A DNA stretch of 64,000 nt, taken from positions 22,556-86,555 of the IMG/VR virus record IMGVR_UViG_3300032334_000335. One strand, written 5' to 3'. Below, in pieces: positions 63,899 through 64,000 of the stretch. The notes beneath the pieces are model-generated. The model ran no database searches, was not told where the DNA came from, and saw nothing but the letters and a program-made list of their open reading frames with translations. Each line of letters begins with the position of its first letter. Within the stretch, counting starts at the first letter, position 1. The DNA is from a virus. Position numbers and translations under genes: made by a program.

Positions 63899-64000
63899 GT
63901 GCAATGGACGTATCAAAATCAACCAGTAAACGAAATACCAGAAGGCTACATTGGCTTTGTTTATCTCATTACGAATCTTACAACCGGACAGAAGTACATA
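63899..64000 (+). CDS. GIY-YIG-like nuclease, N-terminal fragment (partial)
   Basis: GTG start right after the previous TGA; MQWTYQNQPVNEIPEGYIGFVYLITNLTTGQKYI runs off the window. Confidence 0.75.
   Translation, partial: MQWTYQNQPVNEIPEGYIGFVYLITNLTTGQKYI

Noticed and set aside
1-64000. CRISPR arrays, tRNA/rRNA genes, IS elements, integrase
   Set aside because: Intergenic gaps are all under about 85 nt; no repeat-spacer pattern, cloverleaf or transposase/integrase motif was seen
1-64000. Stop-codon reassignment as seen in some jumbo phages
   Set aside because: The standard code gives near-complete coding density, including an intact 4829-aa ORF; TAA, TGA and TAG all end genes

Overview
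This window is a 64-kb, gene-dense, AT-rich fragment of a large T4-like (myovirus, probably jumbo) phage genome, read in the standard genetic code. It has four blocks. (1) 1-10.1 kb, + strand: 7-deazaguanine precursor genes (folE, queE) enclosing an MBD4-like DNA glycosylase, cupin, phosphoribosyltransferase, HIT hydrolase and CDGSH-like Fe-S protein, then RNase H and conserved hypotheticals. (2) 10.1-23.3 kb: a modification island with glycosyltransferase-like proteins, two radical SAM enzymes, an Asp/Asn-type 2OG-Fe(II) hydroxylase and two SGNH-like proteins; most of it is one 12-gene overlapping - strand operon. (3) 23.3-59.9 kb, - strand: tail fibre and baseplate genes, including four paralogous fibres, a 4829-aa structural protein and gp6/gp25/gp5/gp27/gp53-like genes. 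(4) 60-64 kb, + strand: late sigma factor gp55, gp47, gp46, an Hc1-like protein and a partial GIY-YIG-like gene. T4-type late promoters ((TA)TAAATA) recur; two coincide with hairpins that would hide the RBS or start codon. The best candidate for a new system is the late-promoter, hairpin-gated enzyme operon directly downstream of the tail fibre genes, a putative virion glycosylation/post-translational modification system. All product calls come from motifs recognised by eye; no database searches were run.
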